The notes below the pieces were generated by a model, which saw nothing but the letters and a program-made list of their open reading frames with translations, had not been told where the DNA came from and ran no database searches. This document shows positions 50,144 through 61,689 of a DNA stretch of 64,000 bases, piece by piece. Numbering within the stretch: position 1 is the stretch's first letter; each line of letters begins with the position of its first letter. The translations under genes and the position numbers were made by a program. The DNA lies in the NCBI GenBank assembly GCA_964252035.1, contig OZ176209.1; one strand, given 5' to 3'. This DNA comes from Podarcis erhardii. Lineage: Eukaryota.

Positions 50144-50494
50144 GGGACGCGGGTGGTGCTGTGGGTTAAACCACAGAGCCTAGGACTTGCCAATCAGAAG
50201 GTCGGCAGTTCAAATCCCCGTGACGGGGTGAGCTCCCGTTGCTCGGTCCCTGCTCCTGTCAACCTAGCAGTTCGAAAGCACGTCAAAGTGCAAGTAGATA
50301 AATATGTACCGCACCAGTGAGAAGGTAAACGGCGTTTCCGTGCGCTGCTCTGGTTCGCCAGAAGCAGCTCAGTCATGCTGGCCACATGACCTGGAAGCTG
50401 TACGCCGGCTCCCTCGGCCAATAAAGCAAGATGAGTGCTGCAACCCCAGAGTCAGCCATGACTAGACCTAATGGTCAGGGGTCCCTTTACCTTT
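50144..50494 (+). mobile_element. Sauria SINE, full length
   Basis: TSD taatgggacaca on both sides. Confidence 0.94.
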
Positions 50495-50533
50495 TAATGG
50501 GACACACACAGCGGCTTGCATTAACCTCGATTA

Positions 50534-50659
50534 CAGGGTTTCCCAAACTTGGGTCTCAAGCTCTTTTTGCTCTACAATTCCCATCATCCTTAGCTAGCAG
50601 GACCAGTGGTGAGGGATGATGGGGAAAAGCAGTTCGAGACCTAAGTTTGGGAAACGCTG
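50534..50659. mobile_element. hAT MITE, 126 bp
   Basis: TIRs CAGGGTTTCCCAAACTT / AAGTTTGGGAAACGCTG; 8-bp TSD CTCGATTA / CTAGATTA (7/8). Confidence 0.88.
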
Positions 50660-51089
50660 CTAGATTAAGCAGTACGCAGTTCCCCTCCACTGGGCTGCCA
50701 CTGACATAAAAATACAGTAGAAAGGTGACTGATAAATTCAAAACTGTCTAAATCCATACAGAGGCAACCACAGAGTTGTACAGTAATCTTGTAATTGCAC
50801 TTTGAGCACAGTTAGGAGGCACTTCAGTGGCTGCTTGCATTGGGTATAATCCAATTTAAGTCAATGAGGCTACACGAGTGTTAAGTGGGCTTTAGATGAC
50901 CTTCTTAGAAACTCTCAGATGCTGTTTGTCAGACTACAGAGTCAACAAACATCAAGCCGGTGTTACATATATATATATATCTGTTTGTGTGTGTGTATAC
51001 ACATATACGAGGTACACTCACATTCTGCATTCCACTGCACAGTTCGTCTAAAGTAGCTACAAAACGGGACGATAAAAATGGATAGAGTT

Positions 51090-51195
51090 CCCTGTTTAGG
51101 GAAGATTTTCATGACTGATGTTTTAATGTGTTTCTAACCTTCTGTTGGAAGCCACCCAGAGTGGCTGGGTTTCCCAGCCAGATGGGCAATGTAGA

Positions 51196-51249
<54 letters not shown>

Positions 51250-51250
51250 T
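51090..51250 (+). mobile_element. L2 LINE 3' end with (AAT)n tail
   Basis: ccctgtttagggaag..gccacccagagtggctggg..gatgggc. Confidence 0.8.
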
Positions 51251-52479
51251 AAAAAAAACTAAATATAATAATAATAATTCACTCAAGCAAAACAGTTTAA
51301 GAGAAACTGCTCCTAACCTCTCATATGGATAAAATGTTTCGCAAACGTGAATGATCACTAGTGAGGCTTAAAAGACTTCTGACATTGCCTATGAATTCTA
51401 CTGATCCTGAGCCAGAAAACAGATTCTATAATAATAATTTATATATATTTAAAATCTGGCATCCAATTCAAGGTAGCACTAAAGAAATCGCTCAGTATGT
51501 GCAAGCTTTCTGCTTGTCTATCAGAACCACATGACCTTTGCTCCCCCTGTCTTCTGTGGGCTCTCAGATCTGGGAGCATGTTTGCTGGCTTCTACCTGCA
51601 GAAAACATTGGTGGAATCCAGACCCTGCTCTGTGCTGGAATTCAATAAATCCATTATTGCACATTGCATGGCTCATGCTGGGATTGCACAGAACCCAAGT
51701 ATCCATATTGCTTGAGATAGAAATCTGAGCTTTTTATTGTGTTCTTTTTTTGCGGGGCAGAAGCAACTATTGTAGAATGTGTAATACTTGGTTGCATCAA
51801 GTGTGAAAACATAGCGGAATGTTCCTGGTTTGTTCCTGGATTCTGCCAGCATGGTGGATCATGGTAAGGCCACAAAACTGTACAAGCAAAACTGAACTCA
51901 CAAAACTGTACAAGCAAAATTCCAGCAGCAGCAGCAACAAAAACAACAGTCACTAAAAGCTTTAAACCCTATTACTGAAAGAACTTCCCCCACTTCCAAT
52001 TACCTGTGGGTGGTCTAAACACTCTCAGGCTGATTTAGAATGTCATTACATCGACTCCGAATCGTTTGGCATAGAGTATCCTGGGGCAATTTTTACATGG
52101 TGTTTAATATATAGGATAACGCAATGATTGCTCCATGAGTTGGCTGCTCAGCTTTGGAGTGAATTTAGCAGCTTGTCGGCGGACTCCCTTGACCGGCTCC
52201 TTGGCTCATCACTATCGATTTCACACTTCGTAAAATAGGCTCCAGGAATCTCTACATGAGGTGATCCAGAGACACACCCCCCCCCCTCAGAAACTGAGGA
52301 CCTGAAGCTCCACCCTTGATACAAGTCTTAACAGCTTCTTGAAACCAAATTCCTTGAGTGACACAGCCACCAAAGGCGTAGGACTGAATCCACAAAAGCA
52401 TGAGTACCACACTGGTTGTGGCATTCTGAAAACGTTTGTGTCATTGCTAGTGGAAGAGTGCAGCCCTCTAATAGGCAGG

Positions 52480-52815
52480 TTCCAACAGAAGTTGCCAGCA
52501 CAACACTTGCTATACCAGAACACGTGCTATACCAGCTGCACTGGCTCCCGGTGGAGTACAGGATCAGGTTTAAGGTGCTGGTTTTAACCTTTAAAGCCCT
52601 ATATGGCCTAGGACCCTCGTACCTACAGGACCGCCTCTCCTGGTATGTCCCACGGAGGACCTTACGGTCTTCAAATAAAAATACATATTGAAGATCCCAG
52701 GCCACAGGGAGGTTAGGCTGGCCTCAGCCAGAGCCAGGGCTTTTTCGGCTGTGGCCCTGATCTGGTGGAACCCTCTGTCACAAGAGACTAGGGCCCTGCA
52801 GGACTTGGCATCTTT
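52480..52815 (+). mobile_element. L2 LINE ORF2 C-terminal fragment (different subfamily)
   Basis: QLHWLPVEYRIRFKVLVLTFKALYGLGPSYLQDRLS..RAFSAVALIWWNPL. Confidence 0.88.
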
Positions 52816-52890
52816 CCCCCCACCAAATTGTTTTCTCCCAGGTGCAAAACCAAAACTTTGGGTGGTCTGGTTTGTGAACTTTACCTTGGT

Positions 52891-53031
52891 CTAAGAACGG
52901 AAGCCAAACGGTGGAAGGGCACCGACGGCGGGAGGCCTCATTAGGGAAAGCGTGCCTTGGTTTAAGAAAGGATTTGGTTTAAGAACGGACTTCAGGAATG
53001 GATTAAGTTTGTAAACGGAGGTACCACTATA
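52891..53031. mobile_element. Right end of a Tc1/mariner MITE
   Basis: ggattaagtttgtaaacggaggtaccact terminus; the left end is missing. Confidence 0.6.
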
Positions 53032-53610
53032 GTTCATTTCATTCCTGCGCAAAACCTTTTCTAGCACAAGGTGCAATCTTCTGCATCTTCTGGGCTTTAA
53101 CTGTCTTGCAGTTGAGCTTGTTCAATTCTGTCCCTGCTGGTGCCCAGAGCTTAAGAGCTTCCACTTCGCTTCTGCCTCCCACAAGGAGGTAGGCAAACCA
53201 CGAACAGTCGTCTACACCCACAACCGTGGTTTTCTTCACCCTAACAAAACACGATTGCAAAGCCAAGAACGAATGATGGTTTTGAATTGGCTTGCTGTGA
53301 TGGTTTGCAGAGCAAAAAAAGAGATCATCCTGGCCTGGTTTGGACATCATGCTAAGCTAGCCTCTTCATGGTTTCTTTCATGGTAGGGAGGAGCGAAGCA
53401 GATGCATTTGGGCTCAATATGGCTTAATAAATCATAGTTTATGGGCTTAGCATTACATGCAAATGAGACAAATAACTACCCCATGTGGACAGGGAAAGTC
53501 AATCCTATCTGCCAAATATACCTGCACAATGAAGCTGGATTCAAACTCCTCTATGTGTCAGATCGACATTTTATGTTCTTTTGATTTAGACTTTTAAAAT
53601 CTCCTTACAT

Positions 53611-53960
53611 AGGTAAAGGGGACCCCTGACCATTAGGTCCAGTCGTGACCGACTCTGGGGTTGCGGCGCTCATCTTGCTTTATTGGCCGAGGGAGCTGGC
53701 ATACAGTTTCCGGGTCATGTGGTCAGCATGACTAAGCCGCTTCTGGTGAACCAGAGCAGCACACAGAAACGCCGTTTACCTTCCCGCTGGAGTGGTACCT
53801 ATTTAACTACTTGCACTTTGACGTGCTTTCGAACTGCTAGGTTGGCAGGAGCAGGGACCGAACAACGGGCGCTCACCCCGTCGCGGAGATTCAAACCGCC
53901 TACCTTCTGATCAGCAAGTCCTAGGCTCTGTGGTTTAACCCACAGTGCCACCCGCGTCCC
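53611..53960 (-). mobile_element. Sauria SINE, full length
   Basis: TSD ctccttacat on both sides. Confidence 0.94.
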
Positions 53961-54989
53961 ACTACTCCTTACATATATACACCTAAAATGCATTAAGTGG
54001 GTTGGCACTGTAAGTTGATCAACCTGAAATCTGTGTGACTTGCCTCTGAACAGACACAGCTGAGGTCTGATCACTGAAGGATATAACCAAAAAAGTTCTG
54101 AACACCTAATATCATAGACTGCAACGTCTTGCATGTAGCACACTCTCCAAAATGAAAGCAGAAATACATTTTAAGGCAGGAAATAGTGTCTTTCTTCATT
54201 CTTTCAAAACAAAATAGAATGGGCACCCAACATGACATAGTTTGCATATAACTAAGCTTTGGAAACAAAAATTTGAGTTTGCCAATAGAAAATGAAACCG
54301 AAACGCTTTTCACATTGCCCATTTTACATTTTGAACTTCAAGTTCACCCGTAGGCTTAACAGTTTCTTAGCTTTCCTTTAAACCATGGTGCCCTCTTGTG
54401 GCAAATGCTGTTTAATACAGAGGACCGGAAGCTGCTTGTATTAGTTTTAGATAGCTCATATACTGCTCACCAGACTACAACGGATTAATAACATAGATTG
54501 TGCATGAACTGCATCCTGGTATCACAAATGCCAATATAATCAGAGTTGCCTTTTGAAAGCACTTTATCACTGCCTTTTATAAGCAAGTGTGTAGCTGAAC
54601 ACGTATTGTACTGTACACAGTACTACCTTAAGGGTGAAAAAAATAAGTCCCTGGACAGAAGGAACTGTCTTTCTGTGGTATGGACATTGTGCAAAATACA
54701 GCCTCATAACCCAAGGGAGATTGGTCTAGCTTCTTCTCTGTACAGCAATGCCTATATAGCAAGAGTCATTAAGTTCCATTGAGGCCATTAATGTACCTTG
54801 ATGGCTGCCTTCATGACGGAGAATTGCTCTAAGCAGGTCTAGTTAACCGAAGCTCCCTTCCTCACATGTCATCCTCAAGTGTGTGGCTCCCAGACCCTTC
54901 CCCAACTTCACATTGAACACCTGTGCACATTCCTGACAGCACAGGCTTCTCAGTCACATGGAAATCTGTGACCTTGTTAGCTTGCAGTG

Positions 54990-55045
54990 CCAAGCCAAGC
55001 CAAGCCAAGCCAAGCCAAGCCAAGCCAAGCCAAGCCAAGCCAAAC
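54990..55045. repeat. (GCCAA)n pentanucleotide array at the edge of an 'aagccaaaccatgg' repeat into which the hAT element inserted
   Basis: Seen directly; it explains the QAKPS/LAWLG ORFs. The host repeat resumes at 56084-56120. Confidence 0.85.
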
Positions 55046-55341
55046 CAAGCCAAGCCAAACCAAACCATGGCTTAGCAGGAATATGTGGGCTCCCAGATAA
55101 GAGAGCGTGGCTGTTCTGCTCTACTTCTGGGTCGTGTTACAGCTGTGCTGCTGAGTGATGGTTTGTCTCACTCCAGACAAACCACGAGCCACAAGGCTTG
55201 TTCTCGGTTTGCAGCCCATGGTTTGTCTGGAGAATCAAACTACGAGCTAAGCCAAACCATGGTGCAGAGCAACAGCAGGACCAGTGGAGGAGCAAAGTGG
55301 CCATGAATTCCTGTCTGGGAGAGTGCACACTTGTGCGAAGC

Positions 55342-56083
55342 CAGGGGTCAGCAAACGTTTTTATCAGGGGGCCAGCCCACTGCCCCTCAGACCTTGTGTG
55401 GGGTCAGACTATATTTCAAAACATAAAAATACCTGCAAGCCGGTCCTGCAGCTGCTTCCAGACCTGGAGGAGGAACGCACTCTGCACGTGCTCAGGAGCG
55501 TGTCTCGGTGCCACTCACTCACTGGCATTGTTGACGAGCAGCAGCTGTTCCATTAGCCCATCCCCATGGAGCTCCTGGGCGGCATGCACCACACGCTGCG
55601 GCCCATCGTCCAAGGCCAGGTTGGCGGGCAGGTGGCGCACAGATAGCCCTCCAGCTGCTCCAGGGTGGCCGCCGAGCGCACCACCAGCAGCACTGCCGAG
55701 CTGGGCACCAGGCACGCCAAACTCCAGCTGAAGCCCCACGACGCACCTGTCACGATGCCCATGGTGCGGTCCAGACCCACCGCCTGCCCCTCTGTCCATA
55801 GCCGCACCAGGTTTACCTCAGCACGTGGGTGATGCGGCTTTGGATTGACTGCAGGAACTTCCTGCAGCCAATCAGAAGTCGCGCCAGCGTCGCCACCTGC
55901 CCAGAGCCGTCCGCAGCTTTGGATTGGCTGCAGGAACTTCCTGCAGCCAATCCAAAGCCGTGCCAGTGTCGCGGAAGTTAGTCCCCGCGCAGGGACTGAC
56001 TGAGTGGGTGGCAGGGTCTGCAGGTCGGATTTATGAGCCGGGAGGCCCCATCCGGCCCCTGGGCCGTAGTTTGCCGAGCCCTG
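55342..56083. mobile_element. Non-autonomous hAT (Charlie-like) DNA transposon, 742 bp, carrying captured gene cargo
   Basis: TIRs CAGGGGTCAGCAAAC (55342-55356) and GTTTGCCGAGCCCTG (56069-56083), 13/15 matching. 8-bp TSD TGCGAAGC (55334-55341) / CGCTAAGC (56084-56091), 6/8. No transposase. Confidence 0.88.
55523..55799 (-). pseudogene. SPR: Degenerate copy of sepiapterin reductase exon 1 (SDR N-terminal Rossmann region) inside the hAT element
   Basis: Across two frameshifts it reads M...GLDRTMGIVTGASWGFSWSLACL-VPSSAVLLVVRSAATLEQLEG...LPANLALDDGPQRVVHAAQEL..EQLLLVNNA. This aligns with SPR (TGASRGFGR..LVLSAR...LRQLEAEL...VPADL...RLLLINNA). It ends at a GTGAGT donor (55522-55517) where SPR intron 1 begins. 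Confidence 0.88.
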
Positions 56084-57060
56084 CGCTAAGCCATAGTTTG
56101 GTGTAGTATCACGAGCTAACCAAGTCTTTTTGTGTAGGCTTCGTCTATGCCCACATCCACTGTCAATGTGGAGACGTGTGAATTTAAGGGACTGCTATAT
56201 TTTCATCACAAAATTTAATTAGCGTTAAAAATATGCACCACTAGCTTCAGGAATGGTGCAAAGGAACATAGAAATTCAAACTGCACTACTGTTCTGGATT
56301 ACGCCTTGACTTTTTCTGTGTCTGTTCATTCAGAAAGTTAAGAACATTCCGCCTTCAAATTCCCTGATCAGAAAGCAGAGAAGTTCTGCTGGTCCTGATA
56401 GAAATACGCACAACATAACATGTTACAATTTGATAAAATGACAGAATGGCCAAAGCCTCGGAAGTGTGCCGTCTTAAAACGAAATACGGCGTTTTATGTT
56501 ATTTCATGCCAATCAAAGTCGGAAGTCTGCCATGCTAATAAAAAAGCAATTGACCCCAGCAGCGAAGCTAATTAAATGAGATAAGATAATTAAATGCTTC
56601 TCAATATGTAATCAAAATGGAAGCTGTAAGTGTTTCACAATGAAGTATTTTTTTCTCTCTCCTCAGTGCTAGAAAGAACTGGAATGAGCCTAAACAGATG
56701 CACAAGAAATAGGCCAGACTCCAGAGAAACAAAACATGCTTTTGTGGGGGAAAACAGAGCTTTGTTTTATCTTGAGACAGAAGCCCCTCAAAGCTGACCA
56801 CAAGTTGTGTTGAACGCAGCCATAGGTTAAGAGATAACATGCACAACAAGAAACAGCACATATTTAGTACTAGACATGGGGAAACATCTTAATGTGACAA
56901 CAGTCAACACATGTAAATGAAGTTTCCCATCCACACCAAAGGGAAAGACATAAATGTGCATCTGTATCAAAGATGGGGAAACCTGTGGATTTATAGATGT
57001 TGCAAGGCTACAATTCCCATCATCCCTAGGGACCATGGATGCTGATAGCTGGGGCTGATG

Positions 57061-57144
57061 GGCCTGTAAAGCAAGATGAGCGCTGCAATCCCAGAGTCGT
57101 CTGCGACTGGACTTAACTGTCAGGGGTCCTTTACCTTTACCTTT
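57061..57144 (+). mobile_element. Sauria SINE 3' fragment
   Basis: gatgagcgctgcaatcccagagtcg..caggggtcctttacctttaccttt. Confidence 0.85.
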
Positions 57145-57383
57145 TTAAAAGACTATTACCTGCTCGACATCTTAATCCTTTATTACTTACCAAACAAGCC
57201 AGCATAGAAAAATAAAATAAATATGCAGTACTTTGCTATTCTAATGAGAATTATGCACCAGGTATCTTTATTGCCATGCCATGAGAGGTTATGAAGGCTG
57301 TATTACATGGGATATGCATAAAAAAAACTCAAATCACAAAATAAATAAAGGAATAAATAGAAAGGGATGTGGCTCAATTATTA

Positions 57384-57639
57384 CAGTGGTACCTCAGGTT
57401 ACATGCGCTTCAGGTTACATACACTTCAGGTTACATACGCTTAAGGTTACAGACTCCACTAAACCAGAAATATTACCTCGGGTTAAGAACTTTGCTTCAG
57501 GATGAGAACAGAAATCGCATGCTTGCGGCGCAGCGGCAGCAGGAGGCCCCATTAGGTAAAGTGGTACCTCAGGTTAAGAACAATTTCAGGTTAAGAACTG
57601 ACCTCTGGAACGAATTAAGTTCTTAACCCGAGGTACCTG
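57384..57639. mobile_element. Tc1/mariner MITE, opposite orientation to 39402-39649
   Basis: TA|CAGTGGTACCTCAGGTTA ... TAACCCGAGGTACCTG|TA. Confidence 0.88.
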
Positions 57640-58796
57640 TACTTAAGTATGGGGAAAGTGGCTCAAAGCAATGTCTAGGTAAGTGGAAATAAGAAGAATC
57701 AGGGCTATTGGACATCAATAAAATACTATTTTATACAAAAACAAAAATTCTACAAGCCTGGCAGTAGAAGCTCCAGGCAGTTAGCAAATCAGGTAAGACA
57801 AAAAAGGGGGGAGGGGGAACATTGTAAGCATTCTGAAATAGTTTGTCTCCTACTAGAGCTTTAATAACTCAGTAAAAAATAAACGTGATTGCACTGAAGC
57901 TCTATTGCAGTGTTGATGAGTGCATAAAAGTATCACAGCAGATTATTTATTTAAATTGAAAGAACCTGATTCAGATGTTTTCCCCCATGATTGAAACATG
58001 CTGATGAGGCCAATACACAGTTGAGAGTTTATTCCCAGAGCAGTCAATTGGCTTAAATGCCAACCAATCACAGGATTATAGCCTAAACCACTAAGGAAAC
58101 CTTTCATCTGCATAGCACTGTATGGGACGTTAGTCCAAACTGTGGTTAAAAAAAGTTGAGTTTGTATCTGATTTCCCCCAAGTTTTGCAAATATTTCAGA
58201 CTAATTACTCTGAAATGAATGCAAAGTGATACCTCGTTTTAGTAATATATCTTCTGGCAATTAAAAGCCTCTCGGCTTCTCTCTGCAATTAAAATGGCTG
58301 CAACTTGTTACAAAGGTCTCCAAGATCCCTTTACTAGCAATTATTGCCAGAAAAAAAAAAAAAGATCAAGCTTGTTGCTATAATCTGTTCTCTATGGATC
58401 TATCAGGAGGATGTACACTTCTGTTTCTTTATTCCCTAACCCTTTTGCATGTGATCTCATCATCATTATGCAATGACTCATTAAAATAATTTCTGCATGG
58501 CATTTCCTTATTTTTTGGGTAAACTGATTTAAATCTATTCATTTTGTTCAGAACAAGAACAAACAAATACCTAAAAGGTTGAAATGCCATCACATTTTTA
58601 TGGCAAAAACTTAACTTTATTTCCTATGATTCAACCTATGGTATGCAACTTGATGCAGGAAGATTGAAATGTCAGAATCAACACCAATATTTTTGGCAGC
58701 CTGAACACACAGCATGAAAACAAACTCGCAGAAAAATATGCTAAGTGATTGTAGAGGTGTGCTGCAAATTGACCTAGCGTTATAGTGCTTTATACT

Positions 58797-59271
58797 GGGA
58801 TGCGGGTGACGCCGTGGGTTAAACCACAGAGCCTAGGACTTGCCGATCAGAAGGTCGGCGGTTTGAATCCCCACAACGGGGTGAGCTCCCGTCACTCAGT
58901 CCCAGCTCCTGCCAACCTAGCAGTTCGAAAGCACGTCAAAGTGCAAGTAGATAAATAGGTACCGCTCCGGCGGGAAGGTAAACGGCGTTTCCGTGCACTG
59001 CTCTGGTTCACCAGAAGAAGCTTCATAGAGACCACAAGGGCCATCGAGAAGAGATGGAAGAGACCACAACTTCATAGAGTTGGAAGAGACCACAAGGGCC
59101 ACAAGAGACCACAAGAGTTGGAAGAGACCACAAGGGCCATCGAGCTTAGTCATACTGGCCACATGACCCAGAAACTCTATGCCAACTCCCTTGGCCAATA
59201 AAGCGAGATGAGCGCCGCAACCCCAGAGTCGGTCACAACTGGACCTAATGGTCAGGGGTCCCTTTACCTTT
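58797..59271 (+). mobile_element. Sauria SINE, full length, interrupted by a 120-bp mosaic insertion
   Basis: TSD tatagtgctttat; insertion at 59024-59143. Confidence 0.93.
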
Positions 59272-59418
59272 TATAGTGCTTTATTGTGTTGTCTTATTGT
59301 GTGCTTCATTGCTGCAGCCTTACCACACTCATTGCCATTTTACAGAGGTAGCTTAGAAAGTACCTGTGCTTTTGTCCCATAACATTCCAGGAAGGCTAGA
59401 CATTTATGCTTTTATATA

Positions 59419-59677
59419 CCGTATTTTTCGCTCTATAAGATGGACCAGACCACAAGACGCACCTGGTTTTGGGAGGAGGAAAACAAGAAAAAAAATGTTC
59501 TGAATCTCAGAAGCCAGAACAGCAAGAGGGATCGCTGCGCAGTGAAAGCAGCAATCCCTCTTGCTGTTCTGGCTTCTGTGATAGCTGTGCAGCCTGCACT
59601 CACTCCATAAGACGCACACACATTTCCCCTTACTTTTTAGGAGGGAAAAAGTGAGTCTTATAGAGCAAAAAATACGG
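59419..59677. mobile_element. Tc1/mariner MITE (second family)
   Basis: TA|CCGTATTTTTCGCTCTATAAGA ... TCTTATAGAGCAAAAAATACGG|TA. Confidence 0.9.
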
Positions 59678-60269
59678 TATATATATATAAAATTCTGCCC
59701 TCCTTCTCTGAAACATCTGCACTGGTCACCAAGATGCTTTCGGAAACAATTACTGTGCTGAATATTGCGTAAAAAGCCCCAAATGGCTTAGGTACAGGGT
59801 ATCTAAAGTGCACCCCCCGCCCCCGTTCACCAGTATCATCTTGCCCACACCATAAGATCTGATGAAGAGACTGCCCTCTCATGACAAAGGCTTGGCACAC
59901 TTTGCCACGAGTGTTTGCAGGGTTCGCAGTTTTAAAAAACAGAGCAAAGACGTATTAGGAAACTGTAGAGATTCCATTCTCAGAAATGATTGGAATTCCC
60001 TATGCAATCTGTGGCAAGGCTTGATCGACTTTCTCACAGCTGGAAACAAAAGATGCACACAGCCTTAATTGATTTATGCTTTGAAATTAAAAAAACAAAA
60101 CAAAAATCCAAGATGTTTGCAAAATCCACACCCCTGCAAAAATGAATAATATAACCCACAGATCAGCAGATCAGCTCATATTAACCTCCAAACAAAGGGT
60201 TTGAAACAGCCAGGAAAGGGTCTGCTCAGACCCTGCAGAGCTGCTGCCTCTCTTGTTCCCCCCCCCCCC

Positions 60270-60600
60270 AATTTTTAAAAATTGATTTTCCAAATGTTTT
60301 TTAAACAAATAAACAAACAAACAAACATAAATCTCTACTGTATTTAAATCAAACTTAGTAACATTGTAAAGTGACTTCCTCATATCCCTCTGGTTGAATT
60401 TCAGTGTATATCATTTTAACGGTTTTCCAAAACCACTATTCTTATTAACTTAATCACTTAACATCCTTTTGTTTTCCTTTCCAATTCAGTATTAAATATA
60501 CTAATTCATCCCATTACCTGATTAAATCCTAAGCCTATCTGTTATTTGCAAGCTTCTCCAATTAATTTAACTTAACATATTTAACTAGAGCTCCTGCCTC
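60270..60600 (-). mobile_element. Probable L1 3' UTR remnant
   Basis: AT-rich; resembles the reverse complement of the L1 3' regions at about 41200-41470 and 42200-42500. Confidence 0.4.
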
Positions 60601-61029
60601 ATAAAGCAGATAATACTGAATTGTATGAACCGCTAGTATGACTTAGCAGGTTTGTGTGTCTCTTAAGTTAGTAGTAAACACCTGAGGCACAAGCAAACAA
60701 GTATACTGAGAACAACTAAAACTTATAAAGAATGTTTCCTCCTCTTTGCTTTCTTGTTTGTCCCCTCCCTTGTCAATAACTCTGTATTTGCTGATTTTAT
60801 TTAGCAACTTTTAATGAGTTTTTAAAATATTTTGGCTTGACGATGTAATATGTGCTGTTGGCCACTAGGCTATGCTAAAACATAACCCATCCAACCAAAC
60901 GTATTTTTCAGGTAATGTTACTTTCAAAGCTAGGCATTTCTTCCAAGTCAAGATGCACACATAGCATATATGCTAGAAGGAATCAGTTCTAAGAAGTATG
61001 TTTCCCCCCTTAAGTCTACACAGCCCTGT

Positions 61030-61302
61030 CTGCACTTTACATCTAAAGTGGTATCAAAAAGTCATGGCTTCCCCTAAAGATTCCTGGGAAATGTGGTTTG
61101 TTGAGTGTGTGGAGAGTTGTTTGGAGCCCCCCCCCCCCAATAGAGCTGTAATTCTCACAGTGGTTTAACACTCAATCCTCCCTTCCCAGGGAACTCTGGG
61201 AATTGTAGTTTGGTGAGGGGAACAGGGGTCTCCTGACAACTTCCAGCAACTTGAACAAATCCAGGGTTCTTTTGAGGAAGCCATGGCTGTTTAAAGCTGT
61301 AT
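61030..61302. mobile_element. Palindromic MITE interrupted at its right end by a Sauria SINE
   Basis: Inverted halves tcatggcttcccctaaagattcctggg / ccagggttcttttgaggaagccatgg. Confidence 0.65.
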
Positions 61303-61649
61303 GGTAAAGGTAAAGGGACCCCGGACCATTAGGTCCAATTGTGGCCGACTGGGGTTGTGGCGCTCATCTCGCTTTATTGGCCAAGGGAGCCAGTGTACAG
61401 CTTCCGGGTCATGTGGCCAGCATGACTAATCCACTTCTGGCGAACCAGAGCAGCGCATGGAAATGCCGTTTACCTTCCCACCGGAGCTGTACCTATTTAT
61501 CTACTTGCACTTTGACGTGCTTTCGAACTGCTAGGTGGGCAGGAGCAGGGACTGAGCAACGGGAGCTCACCCCATCGCAGGGATTCGAACCGCCGACCTT
61601 CTGATCAGCAAGTCCTAGGCTCTGTGGTTTAACCCACAACGCCACCCGC
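61303..61649 (-). mobile_element. Sauria SINE, full length
   Basis: High identity to the other copies. Confidence 0.93.
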
Positions 61650-61689
61650 ATGGTAGTGTTTCATTATTAATATTATTATTACTACTAAT

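Noticed and set aside
57910-57970. C/D box snoRNA-like TGATGA...CTGA
   Set aside because: No convincing terminal stem or recognisable rRNA antisense element; such short boxes occur by chance.
59024-59143. CRISPR-like or phased repeat array (GAGACCACAA x5)
   Set aside because: Spacing is irregular, the spacers are built from the same motif, there are no cas genes, and it sits inside a vertebrate SINE.
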